A DNA stretch of 64,000 bases, from assembly GCA_965208105.1 (NCBI GenBank), contig OZ242318.1, forward strand, positions 128,001-192,000. Direction: 5' to 3'. This stretch comes from Candidatus Latescibacterota bacterium (GTDB lineage: Bacteria; Latescibacterota; UBA2968; UBA8231). The position numbers were made by a program, and so were the translations under genes. Below the pieces are notes generated by a model. It did not search any database and was not told where the DNA came from. It saw nothing but the letters and a program-made list of their open reading frames with translations. Shown piece by piece: positions 37,960 to 49,095 of the stretch (position 1 is the first letter of the stretch; each line of letters starts with the position of its first letter).

Positions 37960-38979
37960 TTGGAAACAGGCCCGCAATACGTCGACGTGGTACCCGGTGA
38001 CGAGACCAACATGCGCACCGGCGAGGCGGATATCGTCCGCAGCCGGGATGGCAGCCTGTTCATGGCCTACACCCACTTCCGCTCCTGGGAGGACGATGCG
38101 GGAGCACGCATTCTCAGCCGCCGCTCCGGCGACGGCGGGCGCTCGTGGAGCGAACCCAGGCTGGTGGTGGAGAACGAGGGCCGGCGGAACGTCGCCTCGG
38201 TGAGCATGCTGAAACTGGGTCCGGACCGTCTCCTGCTTTTCTACCAGCGCCAGGATTCACCGCGGTCGTGCACCATCTGCCTTCGAGTGTCGGCGGACGA
38301 GGGAAAGACCTTCGGTCCGGCGGATTTTCTGACATCCTCCGAGCGCCACCACTGTCTCTGCAACGACAGCGCTCTGTGTCTTTCCAGCGGCCGCCTGCTG
38401 CTGCCCTGTGATCTCAAGGTGGAGAAGCCCGGGGAAGCCCGCAAGCTGGAGGCGGGGTGCCTGTATTCCGACGACGAGGGCGCTTCGTGGCTGTCGAGCA
38501 ACACGGTGTTCGCGCCCCGGTCAGGTGCCATGGAGCCCAAGGTGGTGGAGCTCAGGGACGGAAGGCTGTGGATGCTGTTGCGCACCGACCAGGGCACCCT
38601 GTACCAGTCCTACTCGGAGGATGGGGGCGAGCGCTGGGGCGAGACCGCATCCTCGGGCATCGCGGCGCCCCAGGCCCCCTTCGTATTGCAGCGCATCCCG
38701 GCGACGGGGGACCTCCTCCTCGTGCGCAATCCCACCGTCGACCTGGGGCACCACCACCAGGGAATGCGCACCCCGCTGACCTCCACCGTTTCTTCCGACG
38801 AGGGCAACAGCTGGGGGCACGCAAAGGAGCTGGAGTCGGATCGTTCCCTGGCCTACAGCTACGCCAGCCTGAGTTTTTTCGGCGCCACCGCCCTCCTTAG
38901 CTACTACGTGGAGCTCCTGGACCGGCCCATTCATACCCTGCGGGTAACCCGGGTGCCGGTGGATTGGTTTTACCGGTAG
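37960..38979 (+). CDS. Sialidase-family (BNR/Asp-box) protein
   Basis: Asp-boxes SGDGGRSW, SADEGKTF, SDDEGASW, SEDGGERW, SSDEGNSW; EP, RT and YSY motifs. TTG start uncertain. Confidence 0.85.
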   Translation: METGPQYVDVVPGDETNMRTGEADIVRSRDGSLFMAYTHFRSWEDDAGARILSRRSGDGGRSWSEPRLVVENEGRRNVASVSMLKLGPDRLLLFYQRQDSPRSCTICLRVSADEGKTFGPADFLTSSERHHCLCNDSALCLSSGRLLLPCDLKVEKPGEARKLEAGCLYSDDEGASWLSSNTVFAPRSGAMEPKVVELRDGRLWMLLRTDQGTLYQSYSEDGGERWGETASSGIAAPQAPFVLQRIPATGDLLLVRNPTVDLGHHHQGMRTPLTSTVSSDEGNSWGHAKELESDRSLAYSYASLSFFGATALLSYYVELLDRPIHTLRVTRVPVDWFYR

Positions 38980-39019
38980 TGGGACGGCTCTTGGATTCGA
39001 AAACAGGAAGAGGCAGGTA

Positions 39020-40186
39020 GTGATTGAACACTTCGATTACTTCTTCGGGGGCCACGTGGAGATGACGGACCTGGGATTCGATGGCCTGCGCGTCGACGAC
39101 CGCGTCGAGACCGACGACCACCTGGCCACCGTGTTCGACGAGGCCCTTTCCCTGGCCCGGCTCATGGAGCCCCTCAACTACGATACCCTTTGGCTGGCGG
39201 AGCACCACTTTCAGCGCGAGGGCTACGGCGGTATCGCCAACATACCCCTGCTGAGCGTCTGGCTCGCCGGCAAGACCGAGCGCCTCAAGTTCGGCGCCAT
39301 GTTCAACACGGTGCCGGCCTGGCATCCCCTGAGACTGGCCGAAGACTATGCCGCCGCCGACATCCTGACCGGGGGACGGGTGCGCTTCGGCATCGGGCGC
39401 GGCTACATCAACCGCGAGGTGGAGACCCTGGGATCGCCCCTGGACGACGACGAGGCCAACCGCGAAATGTTCGAAGAACAGGTGGAGATCATCTTCAAAG
39501 CCTGGAACCAGCCCAGGTTCTCACACGGCGGCAAATATTACAATCTTCCGCCGGACCTGGTCTACCGCGAGCGCAGGCTGAAGGACCTGACCCTGGTGCC
39601 GCGTCCGCGCAACCTCCCGGTGGAGTGCTGGCAGCCCATCTTCAGCGTCAGCCCGCGCGGCATCGACTTCATGATGAAGCACGGAATCAAGGGAGTCGTT
39701 CCGGGAGGCGGCCGGACCGAGGAGATCGCCCGCAGGTGGCAGGAGGGACAGGCGGCTCGGGGGCGCCGCACCGAGATGGGTGAAGACCTGGAGCTGGTGC
39801 TGCAGGTGATCATGGCCCACAGCGAGGAGCAGGCCATCGAGGAGAGCACGCCGTGGTTCGAGGAGCAGCTCAAGGTGCTTTCGCCCCTGGGCAGGATGCC
39901 CTTCCTCAAGCGCGAGCAGATTCTCGCCACCTACGATCCGCAGGCGGCGCCCGCAGCCGGCCTGCCCACGGTGCGCGACCTGTGCCGCGAAGGGGCATGG
40001 ATCTGCGGGCCGCCGGACCACGTCTACGAGCGCATCTGCGCCTACCAGGAGATGCTGCCGGGGATGAAGCGCATTGCGGTGGGAGCCGGGGCCCTGGCGA
40101 TTCCGCCCAGCGTGCTCAGGAGGAACATCGAGTGGTTCGGCAGGGAAGTGCTGCCGCGGTTCGGCGGGGCGGGGTCCCGCGGGTGA
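39020..40186 (+). CDS. Luciferase-like (LLM) flavin-dependent oxidoreductase
   Basis: WLAEHHF, WHPLRLAED.A..DILTGGR..FGIGRGY, F..EVLPRF. Confidence 0.92.
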   Translation: MIEHFDYFFGGHVEMTDLGFDGLRVDDRVETDDHLATVFDEALSLARLMEPLNYDTLWLAEHHFQREGYGGIANIPLLSVWLAGKTERLKFGAMFNTVPAWHPLRLAEDYAAADILTGGRVRFGIGRGYINREVETLGSPLDDDEANREMFEEQVEIIFKAWNQPRFSHGGKYYNLPPDLVYRERRLKDLTLVPRPRNLPVECWQPIFSVSPRGIDFMMKHGIKGVVPGGGRTEEIARRWQEGQAARGRRTEMGEDLELVLQVIMAHSEEQAIEESTPWFEEQLKVLSPLGRMPFLKREQILATYDPQAAPAAGLPTVRDLCREGAWICGPPDHVYERICAYQEMLPGMKRIAVGAGALAIPPSVLRRNIEWFGREVLPRFGGAGSRG

Positions 40187-40252
40187 GACATCAGCTCCGC
40201 TTGACGCTGATGGACAAGGCCGATGCGGGCTTCGCTCCCCAAGCCGTCCCAT

Positions 40253-41614
40253 TCATCTCGAGTAGGGAACCGATCCGACGTGGTCTACTTCATATCCCCA
40301 CTCCTCGAGATAGTACTCCTTTTCCCGGAAGGGATCTCCTATTCCTTCCAGTCGCCGCGCCAGCTCCTGCTCCAGTTCCCGCTGCAATTTCGCCGTCTCG
40401 GGCCTGTCCGCAAGGTTTTCGAGCTGGTAGGGATCGCTGACATCGTCGAAGAGGTAACGGCGGTCTTCGCTGGTCCGCACCAGGGTATGGCGGCTGGTGC
40501 GCACGGCGCGGTAGGGGGGATCGAGACAATTCAACGGGCTGAAGGGCGACACGCTCATGTAGAGCGCGCAATGGCCTTCGCGTTCCTCCTGGTCTCGAAC
40601 GCACCCCGACAGATCCTCCCCTTCCACCGCGGCGGGAATCTTCAGCCCGCATAGACCCAGCAGGGTCGGCATGATGTCCACCGTGCCCAGGGGGGTCATC
40701 ACCCGGCGCCCCCGGCAACCGGAGGTGAGAGGGGGGTAGCGCAGCAGGAAGGGCACCCGGCAGGACTCATCCCAGAAGGTCTGCTTTTTTCGGGGCCTCA
40801 TGCGGTGCGACCCCAGCATGTCCCCGTGGTCGGAGGTGAAAACGAGGATGGTGTTTTCTTCCAATCGGTTAGCCCTCAGGGTCTCGACCACCTCACCCAC
40901 GCACCTGTCGAGGGCGGCGATGTGGGCGTAGTGGCCTGCCGTTTCCTTGCGGGTATAGGCTTCGAACTCCGCATCGTCGAATTTGACGTTGGGTGAAAAG
41001 GCGATGCCCTCCGGCGAAAACATCGCCTGAAATTCGGCTGGCGCGTTGTCGTGGGGAAAATGGGGCGGGCCCAGCGACAGGACCAGGAAGAAGGGCTTGT
41101 CCGCGCGTTGCTTCACGTAGGCACAGGCGTCGCCCGTCTGGGCAAAAGCGTCATAGCCGGGCCAGGTCCTTATCTCGGGGTCGTCCCCGTCGTAGTATTC
41201 CGAGTTCTGGTAGTCGTGGGTGCACTCCAGGGCCTTCCAGTAATCGAACCCCTGCCGCCGCTCGGGAGGGATATAGCTGGCGCGGCCGTGTCCATCCACG
41301 TGCCATTTGCCGATGTAGGCCGTATCATAGCCAGCTTCCTTGAAGGCCTTGCCGATTCCTTCCTCGTCGGGCGACAGCGGCACGTCGTTCATGAACATGC
41401 CCGTGGTGGTGGGGTAGCGTCCCGTCAGCAGCGCCGCGCGCGCCGGTGTACAGACGGGGGAGGTGGCAATGGCATTGGCGAAACTCACCGACTCGGAGGC
41501 AAGGCGATCTATATTTGGGGTTTGGGCATTCGGATCGCCGTTGTAGCCGGTGGCTTTGGCGCGCCATTGATCCGTCAGTATGTAGACTACGTTGGGTCTT
41601 TCGCTGCTGGACAT
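40253..41614 (-). CDS. Sulfatase (formylglycine-dependent)
   Basis: RPNVVYILTDQWR, CTPARAALLTG (CxPxR), YIGKWH, PPH, FTSDHGD; start ATG 41614. Confidence 0.95.
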   Translation of the reverse strand: MSSSERPNVVYILTDQWRAKATGYNGDPNAQTPNIDRLASESVSFANAIATSPVCTPARAALLTGRYPTTTGMFMNDVPLSPDEEGIGKAFKEAGYDTAYIGKWHVDGHGRASYIPPERRQGFDYWKALECTHDYQNSEYYDGDDPEIRTWPGYDAFAQTGDACAYVKQRADKPFFLVLSLGPPHFPHDNAPAEFQAMFSPEGIAFSPNVKFDDAEFEAYTRKETAGHYAHIAALDRCVGEVVETLRANRLEENTILVFTSDHGDMLGSHRMRPRKKQTFWDESCRVPFLLRYPPLTSGCRGRRVMTPLGTVDIMPTLLGLCGLKIPAAVEGEDLSGCVRDQEEREGHCALYMSVSPFSPLNCLDPPYRAVRTSRHTLVRTSEDRRYLFDDVSDPYQLENLADRPETAKLQRELEQELARRLEGIGDPFREKEYYLEEWGYEVDHVGSVPYSR

Positions 41615-41851
41615 TACATTCTCCCCATCGGTCAGATACCCGGGGTCTGACGGTTCATCCCGAAGATGGCGAGTTCGCTGCCCGCCCGGGTGACTCCGGG
41701 GGCGCAGAATCATTGCCCGTTGGTCCCCTGGGGGCGGAAAACATACCCACTCGGAAACCGATTGGCCAGCGTCAGCCCAGCTCGTCTCTGCCAGTGACGC
41801 ACATTGCCGGCGGCAAGTCAGGCTTTCACCCTCAGCGATGGAGATGCAGCC

Positions 41852-43186
41852 ATGGAGTCTCTCGAACAGAAACTGAAATCCTGGAAAAGCCCGGTGGAAA
41901 TGCTGCGCAACGCGCGGTCCGGGCCCTACGTCTTCCCCATTGCTCCCGAGTTCAGCAACTGGGCCGACGAGCAGGAGGCCTGGTTCAAGACCGCCGGCCT
42001 TTTCGATCTCTCCAGGCACATGACAGACGTCTACTGCGAAGGCCCGGGTCTCAGGCGGCTGCTCGAGCGGGTCGCGGTCAACAGCTTCCGATCCTTCGGT
42101 CCCAACAAGGCCAAGCAGATCGTCTGCTGCAACCCCGAAGGCTACGTGATAGGCGACGCCATCCTCTTCGGCCTCGCCGAGGACCGGGCGAACATCAGCG
42201 GGCGCCCTTCCGTGCCCAACTGGGTAGCCTACTGCGCCGAGACCGGCGGCTACGATGTCACCGTTGCCCGGGACGACAGGTCGGTGCAGAACGAAGGCGG
42301 GCGCAGGACCTACCGCTACCAGATTCAGGGACCCAGGGCGCAGGCGATCCTGGAAGCGGCCGCGGACGGACCGCTCCCCCCGATCAGGTTCTTCAACATC
42401 GGCAGGCTTTCAATCGCCGGCAGGTGGGTGAACGCCCTGGGCCACGGGATGGCCAGGACGGCGGGGCTGGAGCTGTGGGGACCGGCGGAGGATGGCGAGA
42501 TCGTGCGCTCAGCGCTGAAGCAGGCGGGTGAGGCGCACGGGCTCAGGGAGGTGGGGGCGCGGGCCTATTCCACCGTTTCGCCCGAGTCGGGATGGATCCC
42601 CTCGCCCATGCCGGCGATCTACGCCGATTCCATGAAGGCATACCGTGAGTGGCTGCCGGCGGACGGTTTCGAGGCCAACGCCTCCCTTGGAGGAAGCTTC
42701 TACTCCGACCGCATCGAAGACTACTACCAGACTCCGTGGGACCTGGGCTACGGCAGGCTCGTGAAGTTCGACCACGACTTCATCGGCCGCGGGGCCTTGG
42801 AGAAGAAAGCCGGGGGGCCGCACCGCAGGAAGGTCTGGCTGGTGTGGAACGACGAGGATGTGACCCGCATATTCGCCAGCATGCTGGGAAAAGGGGAGCG
42901 TTACAAGTACCTGGAAGCCCCTGGGTCGCAGTACTCCACCCTCCCGTTCGACAAGGTGATGCGGGACGGCGAGATGGTGGGGCTTTCCACCTACAGCTGC
43001 TATACCTCGAACGTGCAGGCGTGGTTCTCCCTCGCCATGATCGACGAGGGCCACGCGGTGGAAGGCAGTGAGGTCGCGGTGGTGTGGGGGGAGGAAGGAG
43101 GCGGTTCGGCGAAGCCGGGGGTGGAACGGCACCTGCAGACCGAAGTTCGCGCCGTCGTGCACACCTCCCGCCCGGTGGCGGGGTAA
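41852..43186 (+). CDS. Aminomethyltransferase-family THF-dependent O-demethylase (LigM/DesA-like)
   Basis: SLEQKL..PVEMLRN..GPYVFP, EFSNW.DEQ.AW, LFD.S.HM, GYVIGD.ILF, ESGWIPSP.PAIY, VKFDHDFIGR, VERH.QTE. Confidence 0.85.
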   Translation: MESLEQKLKSWKSPVEMLRNARSGPYVFPIAPEFSNWADEQEAWFKTAGLFDLSRHMTDVYCEGPGLRRLLERVAVNSFRSFGPNKAKQIVCCNPEGYVIGDAILFGLAEDRANISGRPSVPNWVAYCAETGGYDVTVARDDRSVQNEGGRRTYRYQIQGPRAQAILEAAADGPLPPIRFFNIGRLSIAGRWVNALGHGMARTAGLELWGPAEDGEIVRSALKQAGEAHGLREVGARAYSTVSPESGWIPSPMPAIYADSMKAYREWLPADGFEANASLGGSFYSDRIEDYYQTPWDLGYGRLVKFDHDFIGRGALEKKAGGPHRRKVWLVWNDEDVTRIFASMLGKGERYKYLEAPGSQYSTLPFDKVMRDGEMVGLSTYSCYTSNVQAWFSLAMIDEGHAVEGSEVAVVWGEEGGGSAKPGVERHLQTEVRAVVHTSRPVAG

Positions 43187-43324
43187 CAGGGTAGGGATGT
43201 TCCTGCCCGGAACTGGGTGGTTCACGGGCGGCACACTCCGGGAAAAGGGAAAGGGCCGGGGGAGAGGTCTCCAATCGTCACCTGAAGACCTGTCACCGGG
43301 TGGTTGGAGAGGACCCTGCCCTGG

Positions 43325-45697
43325 TCATCCCTCCAGCGGCCTGACCAGGTAGGTGGCCCCGGCTTCGGTGGCGAACTCCAGGATCCCGGGTTCGGGGCTG
43401 GCCGTCTCCACGGAGCCGCCCGCCGCCTCAACGGTGATCCCGGCGCCGCAGCGCAGGCGGCAGGGTTTGCCCGCTTCCGAGCGGATGCCGGCGGTCCTGA
43501 GCTTGCCATTCTCCCATTCCATGTCGACGACGAAGCCGCCGCGCGCCTTCAACCCTTCGACCCGTCCCGCCGGCCAGGCCGGAGGCAGGGCCGGCAGCAG
43601 GCGGATCGGTCCCTCGTGGCTCTGCAGCAGCATCTCCGCAATGCCGGCCGCCGCGCCGAAGTTGCCGTCGATCTGGAAGGGGGGATGGTCGTCGAAGAGG
43701 TTGGGATAGGTGCTCTGGCGCAGCAGCAGCTGCAGGTGCTCGTGCGCCTCGGCTCCATCCAGGAGGCGGGCGTACTGATTGATGATCCAGGCCCTGCTCC
43801 AACCGGTGTGTCCTCCGCCGTGGCGCAGGCGCCGCTCTATGGTCTTGCGGGCGGCTTCGAAGAGGTCCCCGCTTCCCGGAGTGATCTGGGCGAAGGGGTG
43901 CAGGGCCAGAAGGTGGGAGATGTGCCGGTGCCCGGGTTCGACCTCCTCGTAATCCCTGATCCATTCGCGCAAGGTGCCGGTGGCGCCGATCTTCAATGCC
44001 GGGACCCGCTGCAGGGCTTCCTCCAGACGGCGGCGGAACTCCTCGTCCACCTCGAGTATCGCCGCCGCCCGCCTGGTCACCTGGAACACCTCGCGGACTA
44101 TGGTGCTGTGGTAGGTGGACCCTTCGGTGATGCGCACCGGATCGCCGGACAGTGGATCGACATAGGCGTTTTCGGGCGAAGTGGAGGGCACGATCACCAG
44201 GGTGCCGTCCTCCTTCTCCACCATGTAGTCGAGCAGGAACTCGCACGCGCCGCGCAGGATCGGGTAGGCGCAGCGGCGCAGGAACTCCTCGTCTCCGGTG
44301 AACTCGTAGTGGCGCCAGAAGGCGACCATCATCCAGATCCCCGCCAGGGGATCGAGGGGGCCGTTGGCGAACTGCGAATCCCGGGTGGAGGCCGCCGGGG
44401 TGGTGCGGCCGAACAGGTCTACGGCGTGGAAGACCACCCAGCCCCTGGCATCGTATAGCCGCCGCGCCGAGAGCCGTCCTTTCTCCACCACGCGCTGGAG
44501 AAAGTCGGCGAGGGGATCGATGGTCTCCGAGAGGTTGCACAGGTCGGCGGGCCAGTAGTTCATCTGCAGGTTGATATTCAGGTGATAGTCCGACTCCCAC
44601 GGGGCCCACATTTCCTGGTTCCATATTCCCTGGAGGGTGGCCGGCAGCCGACCCGGGCGGCGGGAGCTGCCCATCAGCAGGTAGCGGCCGAACTGGAGAT
44701 GTAGGGCGCACAGACCCGGGTCGTCCCTGCCGTCCCGGACCGCCTGCAGGCGCTCGTCGGTGGGCAGCCTGTCCCCGTCGGAGGAGCCCAGGAAAATGGA
44801 TACCCGGTCGAAGTAGGAGCGGTGTTCGGCGGCGTGGTCGCCAAAAAGTTCGTCCCACGATTTCTGCGCCGCCTTGCCGAGGATGTCGTCGGCCATAGCA
44901 CCCGGCTCCACGGAGCGGTCGAAATCCATCTTTTCCAGGCTGAAGTCGGTGGCGGCGGTGAACAGCAGCAGCAGTTCGCCGGCATCGCGAACCACCAGGC
45001 AGTCCTCGTCCGCGGCCACCGTTCCGCCGGTGTTGCGCGCCTGCAGCCTCCCGGCGAACCTCATGTGCGCGCCGCCCGGACCCGAGTCCCCGGGATTGTC
45101 GTCGTATCCCCCCTGGGAAGAATGGATATCGACGATCTGACCGTCCATGTGCAGGCGGTCTCCACCGACCGCTGCGAAGGCCGCGTCCTTCTCGCGCTGC
45201 AGGCGGATTTTCGCGCCGAAGCCCGCGGGTGAGTCGGCGGAGAGCCTGACGGCGATCACGTCGTCCACCGCGGAGATGAACGCCTCGCGCAGGACGATGC
45301 CTGAAGAAGTCCGGTAGCGGACCCTGGCGATCCCCTCCTGCAGGTCCAGGTCGCGGCGGTACTCCTCCACCCCGGATGGGTGGTTCAGCTCGATTTGCAG
45401 GTCGGCCAGGGGCTGGTATGAGCGGAAGGCGGTGGGACTTGCGGTCAGGTGCTCCTCTCCGTAGTTGTGGGCATGGGCGATCTTCCCTTCCAATACCAGC
45501 CGTTGGACCGTTTTCAGGTGCCTGGCGAAGTCGGGCGGGTACACGTCCAGGGGCTCGCCGGCCCACAAGCTCTCTTCGTTGAGCTGGATTCGTTCGCGGG
45601 CAGTGCCGCCGAATACCATCGCGCCCAGGCGGCCGTTGCCCAGGGGCAGCGCTTCTTCCCATTTCCTCGCCGGTTGTCTGTACCATAATGTGGTCAC
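43325..45697 (-). CDS. Glycoside hydrolase family 95 (alpha-L-fucosidase-like)
   Basis: [66 protein letters not shown]; GTG start 45697. Confidence 0.95.
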   Translation of the reverse strand: MTTLWYRQPARKWEEALPLGNGRLGAMVFGGTARERIQLNEESLWAGEPLDVYPPDFARHLKTVQRLVLEGKIAHAHNYGEEHLTASPTAFRSYQPLADLQIELNHPSGVEEYRRDLDLQEGIARVRYRTSSGIVLREAFISAVDDVIAVRLSADSPAGFGAKIRLQREKDAAFAAVGGDRLHMDGQIVDIHSSQGGYDDNPGDSGPGGAHMRFAGRLQARNTGGTVAADEDCLVVRDAGELLLLFTAATDFSLEKMDFDRSVEPGAMADDILGKAAQKSWDELFGDHAAEHRSYFDRVSIFLGSSDGDRLPTDERLQAVRDGRDDPGLCALHLQFGRYLLMGSSRRPGRLPATLQGIWNQEMWAPWESDYHLNINLQMNYWPADLCNLSETIDPLADFLQRVVEKGRLSARRLYDARGWVVFHAVDLFGRTTPAASTRDSQFANGPLDPLAGIWMMVAFWRHYEFTGDEEFLRRCAYPILRGACEFLLDYMVEKEDGTLVIVPSTSPENAYVDPLSGDPVRITEGSTYHSTIVREVFQVTRRAAAILEVDEEFRRRLEEALQRVPALKIGATGTLREWIRDYEEVEPGHRHISHLLALHPFAQITPGSGDLFEAARKTIERRLRHGGGHTGWSRAWIINQYARLLDGAEAHEHLQLLLRQSTYPNLFDDHPPFQIDGNFGAAAGIAEMLLQSHEGPIRLLPALPPAWPAGRVEGLKARGGFVVDMEWENGKLRTAGIRSEAGKPCRLRCGAGITVEAAGGSVETASPEPGILEFATEAGATYLVRPLEG

Positions 45698-45909
45698 GGG
45701 CTTTCTCCCAGGTTGAAATGTGTGGACAGGATCTCCCGGTCCAGATTGCCTGGCACGGTCGGCAGTTGCAGAATTTAAACCTCGTCGCCCTCGCTGCCAG
45801 CCTCCCGGGGACCTTCGATCAGGTGAAATCCCCGGCATTTCCGTCGAGGCTGAAGGAGGCCGGAAAAGCCGCGAGGTTCAGCGCCGCAACGGCTGGAGTG
45901 GAGGCTTGA

Positions 45910-46926
45910 TCATTCCGCCATTCCCTCCAGTTGCAGTTCCTCCGCCCGGTGGCAGCGCACGAACTGCTCCGGGGCGACCTCCTGCAGCGGCGGCACCTCG
46001 GTGCGGCAGCGGTCTTCGGCATGGCGGCAGCGGGGGTGGAAGGGGCAGCCGGGGGGAGTCCGGCTGGGGTCTGCCACCTCGCCGGCGAGGGGGGCCTGGG
46101 CCGTGCGCCTGCGGGGGTCGGGCAGGGGCACCGCGCCGAGCAGGGCTTCGCTGTAGGGGTGGCGGGGACGATGAAACAGTCCCTCCACCGGCGCCAGCTC
46201 CACCAGGCGTCCCACGTACATCACCGCCACCCGGTCGGCGATGTGGCGCACCACGCTGAGGTCGTGGGCGATGAATAAATAGGTCAACCTCAGCTCCTGC
46301 TGCAGGTCCTGCAGCAGGTTGATGATCTGGGCCTGGACCGAGACGTCCAGGGCGGAGACCGGCTCGTCGGCCACGATCAGGCGCGGGTGCAGAGCCAGGG
46401 CCCGGGCGATTCCGAGGCGCTGGCGTTGACCTCCGCTGAAGGCGTGGGGATAGCGCCGCAGCTGCCGGGGATTGAGCCCCACCTGGTGCAGCAGCTGGCG
46501 CACCCGTTCCTCGCGGCGGCGGCGGCTGCGCATACCGTGAACGAGCAGCGGTTCGCCGATTATGTCGAAGGCGGTCATGCGCGGATTCAGCGAGGCGTAA
46601 GGATCCTGAAAGATCATCTGCATGTGGCGCCGCAGCTCCACCAGCTCGTCCTCGGGGGCGCTCGCCAGGTCCACGGTGCGGCCGTCGAGGTGGAACAGCA
46701 CCTCTCCGGCGCTTGGCCTGAGGGCGCGCAGGATGGCGCGGCCCAGGGTGGTTTTGCCCGAGCCGCTCTCGCCCACCAGGGCAAGGCATTCCCCGGCGTA
46801 GAGGTCGAAGCTGACGCCGTCGACGGCGCGCACCTGCCCCACGACCTTGTTGAAGAATCCCTTCGTGATGGGAAAGTACTTCTCGAGATCCCGCACTTCG
46901 AGGAGGATGGTCTTGTCAGCACTCAT
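45910..46926 (-). CDS. Oligopeptide/nickel-type ABC transporter ATPase (OppF-like)
   Basis: [31 protein letters not shown]-terminal CPFHPRC. Confidence 0.95.
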   Translation of the reverse strand: MSADKTILLEVRDLEKYFPITKGFFNKVVGQVRAVDGVSFDLYAGECLALVGESGSGKTTLGRAILRALRPSAGEVLFHLDGRTVDLASAPEDELVELRRHMQMIFQDPYASLNPRMTAFDIIGEPLLVHGMRSRRRREERVRQLLHQVGLNPRQLRRYPHAFSGGQRQRLGIARALALHPRLIVADEPVSALDVSVQAQIINLLQDLQQELRLTYLFIAHDLSVVRHIADRVAVMYVGRLVELAPVEGLFHRPRHPYSEALLGAVPLPDPRRRTAQAPLAGEVADPSRTPPGCPFHPRCRHAEDRCRTEVPPLQEVAPEQFVRCHRAEELQLEGMAE

Positions 46927-47945
46927 TCCATTGCCTCCGGCCGGGAGCTCCCTGCCCCTTGGCGCACCAGGCAGGCGTTGTGGTGCAGCGGCCCGGACCG
47001 CAGCAGCTCCGGGCGAGCGCCGCGGTCGCAGCGACCGGGCACGACCTCGGCACAGCGCGGGTGGAAAGGACAGCCGTCCAGGCGTTCGAACGGGTCGGGC
47101 ACCGAACCTTCGATGACCTGGAGCCGGTTTCTGTGTCCCTTTCCCAGTCCGGGCAGCGACTGCAGCAGGGCGACCGTATAGGGGTGCTGGGGCGCCGAGA
47201 AAATCTCCTCGACCCCGCCGTACTCCACCACCCTGCCCATGTACATTACCGCAACCTCGTCGGCCATCTGGGCAACCACACCGAGGTCGTGGGTGATGAG
47301 CAGAATGGCCATGTCGAGCTCCTCCTGCAGCGAGCGCATCAACGTCAGGATCTGTGCCTGTATGGTCACGTCGAGAGCGGTGGTCGGCTCGTCGGCGATG
47401 AGCAGGGACGGCCGGCAGGAAAGGGCCATGGCGATCATGGCGCGCTGGCGCAGGCCTCCGCTCATCTGGTGCGGATAGTGGTCGAAACGGCGCGCCGCAT
47501 CGGGGATTCCCACGTGCTCCATCATGCGCACGGCGTGCTCGCGGGCGGCGCTCCGGCGCATGTCGGTGTGCAGCTCCACAGCCTCCTTTATCTGGCTGCC
47601 CACCGAATGGACCGGGCTGAGGCTGGTCATGGGCTCCTGGAAGATCATGGCGATGTCGCGGCCGCGGATGGCGCGGATCTCCTCGCCGTCTTCGTCCAGG
47701 TCGGTGAGCGCCACGTCGCCGTCGTCGCGGTGCAGGATGACGCGGCCGGCGATGATGCTCCCCGGAGGGGCGATCATTCCCAGCACCGACAAGGCCGTGA
47801 TGCTCTTGCCGCAGCCGCTCTCTCCCACCAGGCAGAGGGTCCTGCCCCGGCGGATCTCCAGGTCGACGCCGTCCACCGCCCGCACCGTGCCCTCGTCCAG
47901 CAGGAAGTGGGTCTCGAGACCGAGGATGGAGACTATGGATTCCAC
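46923..47945 (-). CDS. Oligopeptide/nickel-type ABC transporter ATPase (OppD-like)
   Basis: [26 protein letters not shown]. Confidence 0.95.
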   Translation of the reverse strand: MESIVSILGLETHFLLDEGTVRAVDGVDLEIRRGRTLCLVGESGCGKSITALSVLGMIAPPGSIIAGRVILHRDDGDVALTDLDEDGEEIRAIRGRDIAMIFQEPMTSLSPVHSVGSQIKEAVELHTDMRRSAAREHAVRMMEHVGIPDAARRFDHYPHQMSGGLRQRAMIAMALSCRPSLLIADEPTTALDVTIQAQILTLMRSLQEELDMAILLITHDLGVVAQMADEVAVMYMGRVVEYGGVEEIFSAPQHPYTVALLQSLPGLGKGHRNRLQVIEGSVPDPFERLDGCPFHPRCAEVVPGRCDRGARPELLRSGPLHHNACLVRQGAGSSRPEAME

Positions 47946-47949
47946 CAGC

Positions 47950-49095
47950 TCACCTCGAATAGGGATCGGCGGCGTCGCGCATGCCGTCGCCGACGAAGTT
48001 GAACGCCAGCACCGCGACGATGACGAAGAAGGCCGGGGTCAGCAGCCAGGGCTGCAGGGCAACCGCCTGCACGTTCTGCGCCTCCTTGAGAAGGACGCCC
48101 CAGCTGGTGATGGGAGGGCGCAGGCCCAGGCCCAGAAAGCTCAGCGAGGTCTCGCCCAGGATCATGTTGGGCAGGGTCAGGGTGAGGCTGACGATGATGT
48201 GGCTGGTGAAGCCGGGCAGCAGGTGGCGCGCCATCACCCGTCCCTTGCTGGCCCCTGCCAGGAGGGCGGCGGTGGCGTAGTCCTCCTCGCGCAGGGAAAG
48301 GATCTTGCCGCGCACGACCCGGGCCAGTCCGGTCCAGCCGAGGAACGAGAGCACGATGGTGATGCCGAAGTAGATCTGCAGAGGCGACCAGTGGGCGGGC
48401 AGCGCCGCCGAAAGCGCCATCCACAGGGGGATGGAGGGGAACGAGCGCAGAATCTCGATGAAGCGCTGGATCAGGTTGTCGATCCATCCGCCGTAGTAGC
48501 CCGATACGGTCCCGATCAGGAGGCCGAAGAACAGGCTCAGGGCGACTCCCACCAGCCCCACGGTGAGCGAGATCCGCGCTCCGTAGAGGATGCGGCTGAG
48601 CAGGTCCCGTCCCAGGGAGTCGGTGCCCAGCAGAAACAGGGTCGCCCCCTGGTCCACCCCGATGAGGTGCAGGTTGGTCTCGAACAGACCCCAGAAGCGG
48701 TAGGTCTGACCGCGGGCGAACAGCCTGAGTGGGTAGGGACGGCTGCGGTCCTCCAGGTAGACGCGGCGCAGGGTTTCCGGGTGCCGGGTGCCCTTGAGGG
48801 CGTAGACGAAGGGCCACGGGCGCAGGCCGCCGTCGTGGACCAGGTGCAGGCGCTGGGGCGGAGCATAGAGGTAGTCGATGTTTTGCGACTCGAGGGAGTA
48901 GGGGGCGATGAACTCGCAGAGGAGAGCTGCCGCGTAGAGAGCAAGAATTACCAGGGAGGACCATACCGCCAGGCGGTGCTTGCGGAACTTGAGCGCCATC
49001 AGCTGCCACTGGGAAGCGGTGTAAAGGTCGGCCTCCCCGGTCGGGGTCGCTTCGGGCTTCGCGGTCATCTCTTCAGCTGCCGGGTTGGACTGCAT
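47950..49095 (-). CDS. ABC transporter permease (OppC-like)
   Basis: LGTDSLGRDLLSR, EEDYATAA..AGAS, ETSLSFLGLG, GDGMRDAADP; real start ATG 49095 overlapping the upstream stop. Confidence 0.93.
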   Translation of the reverse strand: MQSNPAAEEMTAKPEATPTGEADLYTASQWQLMALKFRKHRLAVWSSLVILALYAAALLCEFIAPYSLESQNIDYLYAPPQRLHLVHDGGLRPWPFVYALKGTRHPETLRRVYLEDRSRPYPLRLFARGQTYRFWGLFETNLHLIGVDQGATLFLLGTDSLGRDLLSRILYGARISLTVGLVGVALSLFFGLLIGTVSGYYGGWIDNLIQRFIEILRSFPSIPLWMALSAALPAHWSPLQIYFGITIVLSFLGWTGLARVVRGKILSLREEDYATAALLAGASKGRVMARHLLPGFTSHIIVSLTLTLPNMILGETSLSFLGLGLRPPITSWGVLLKEAQNVQAVALQPWLLTPAFFVIVAVLAFNFVGDGMRDAADPYSR

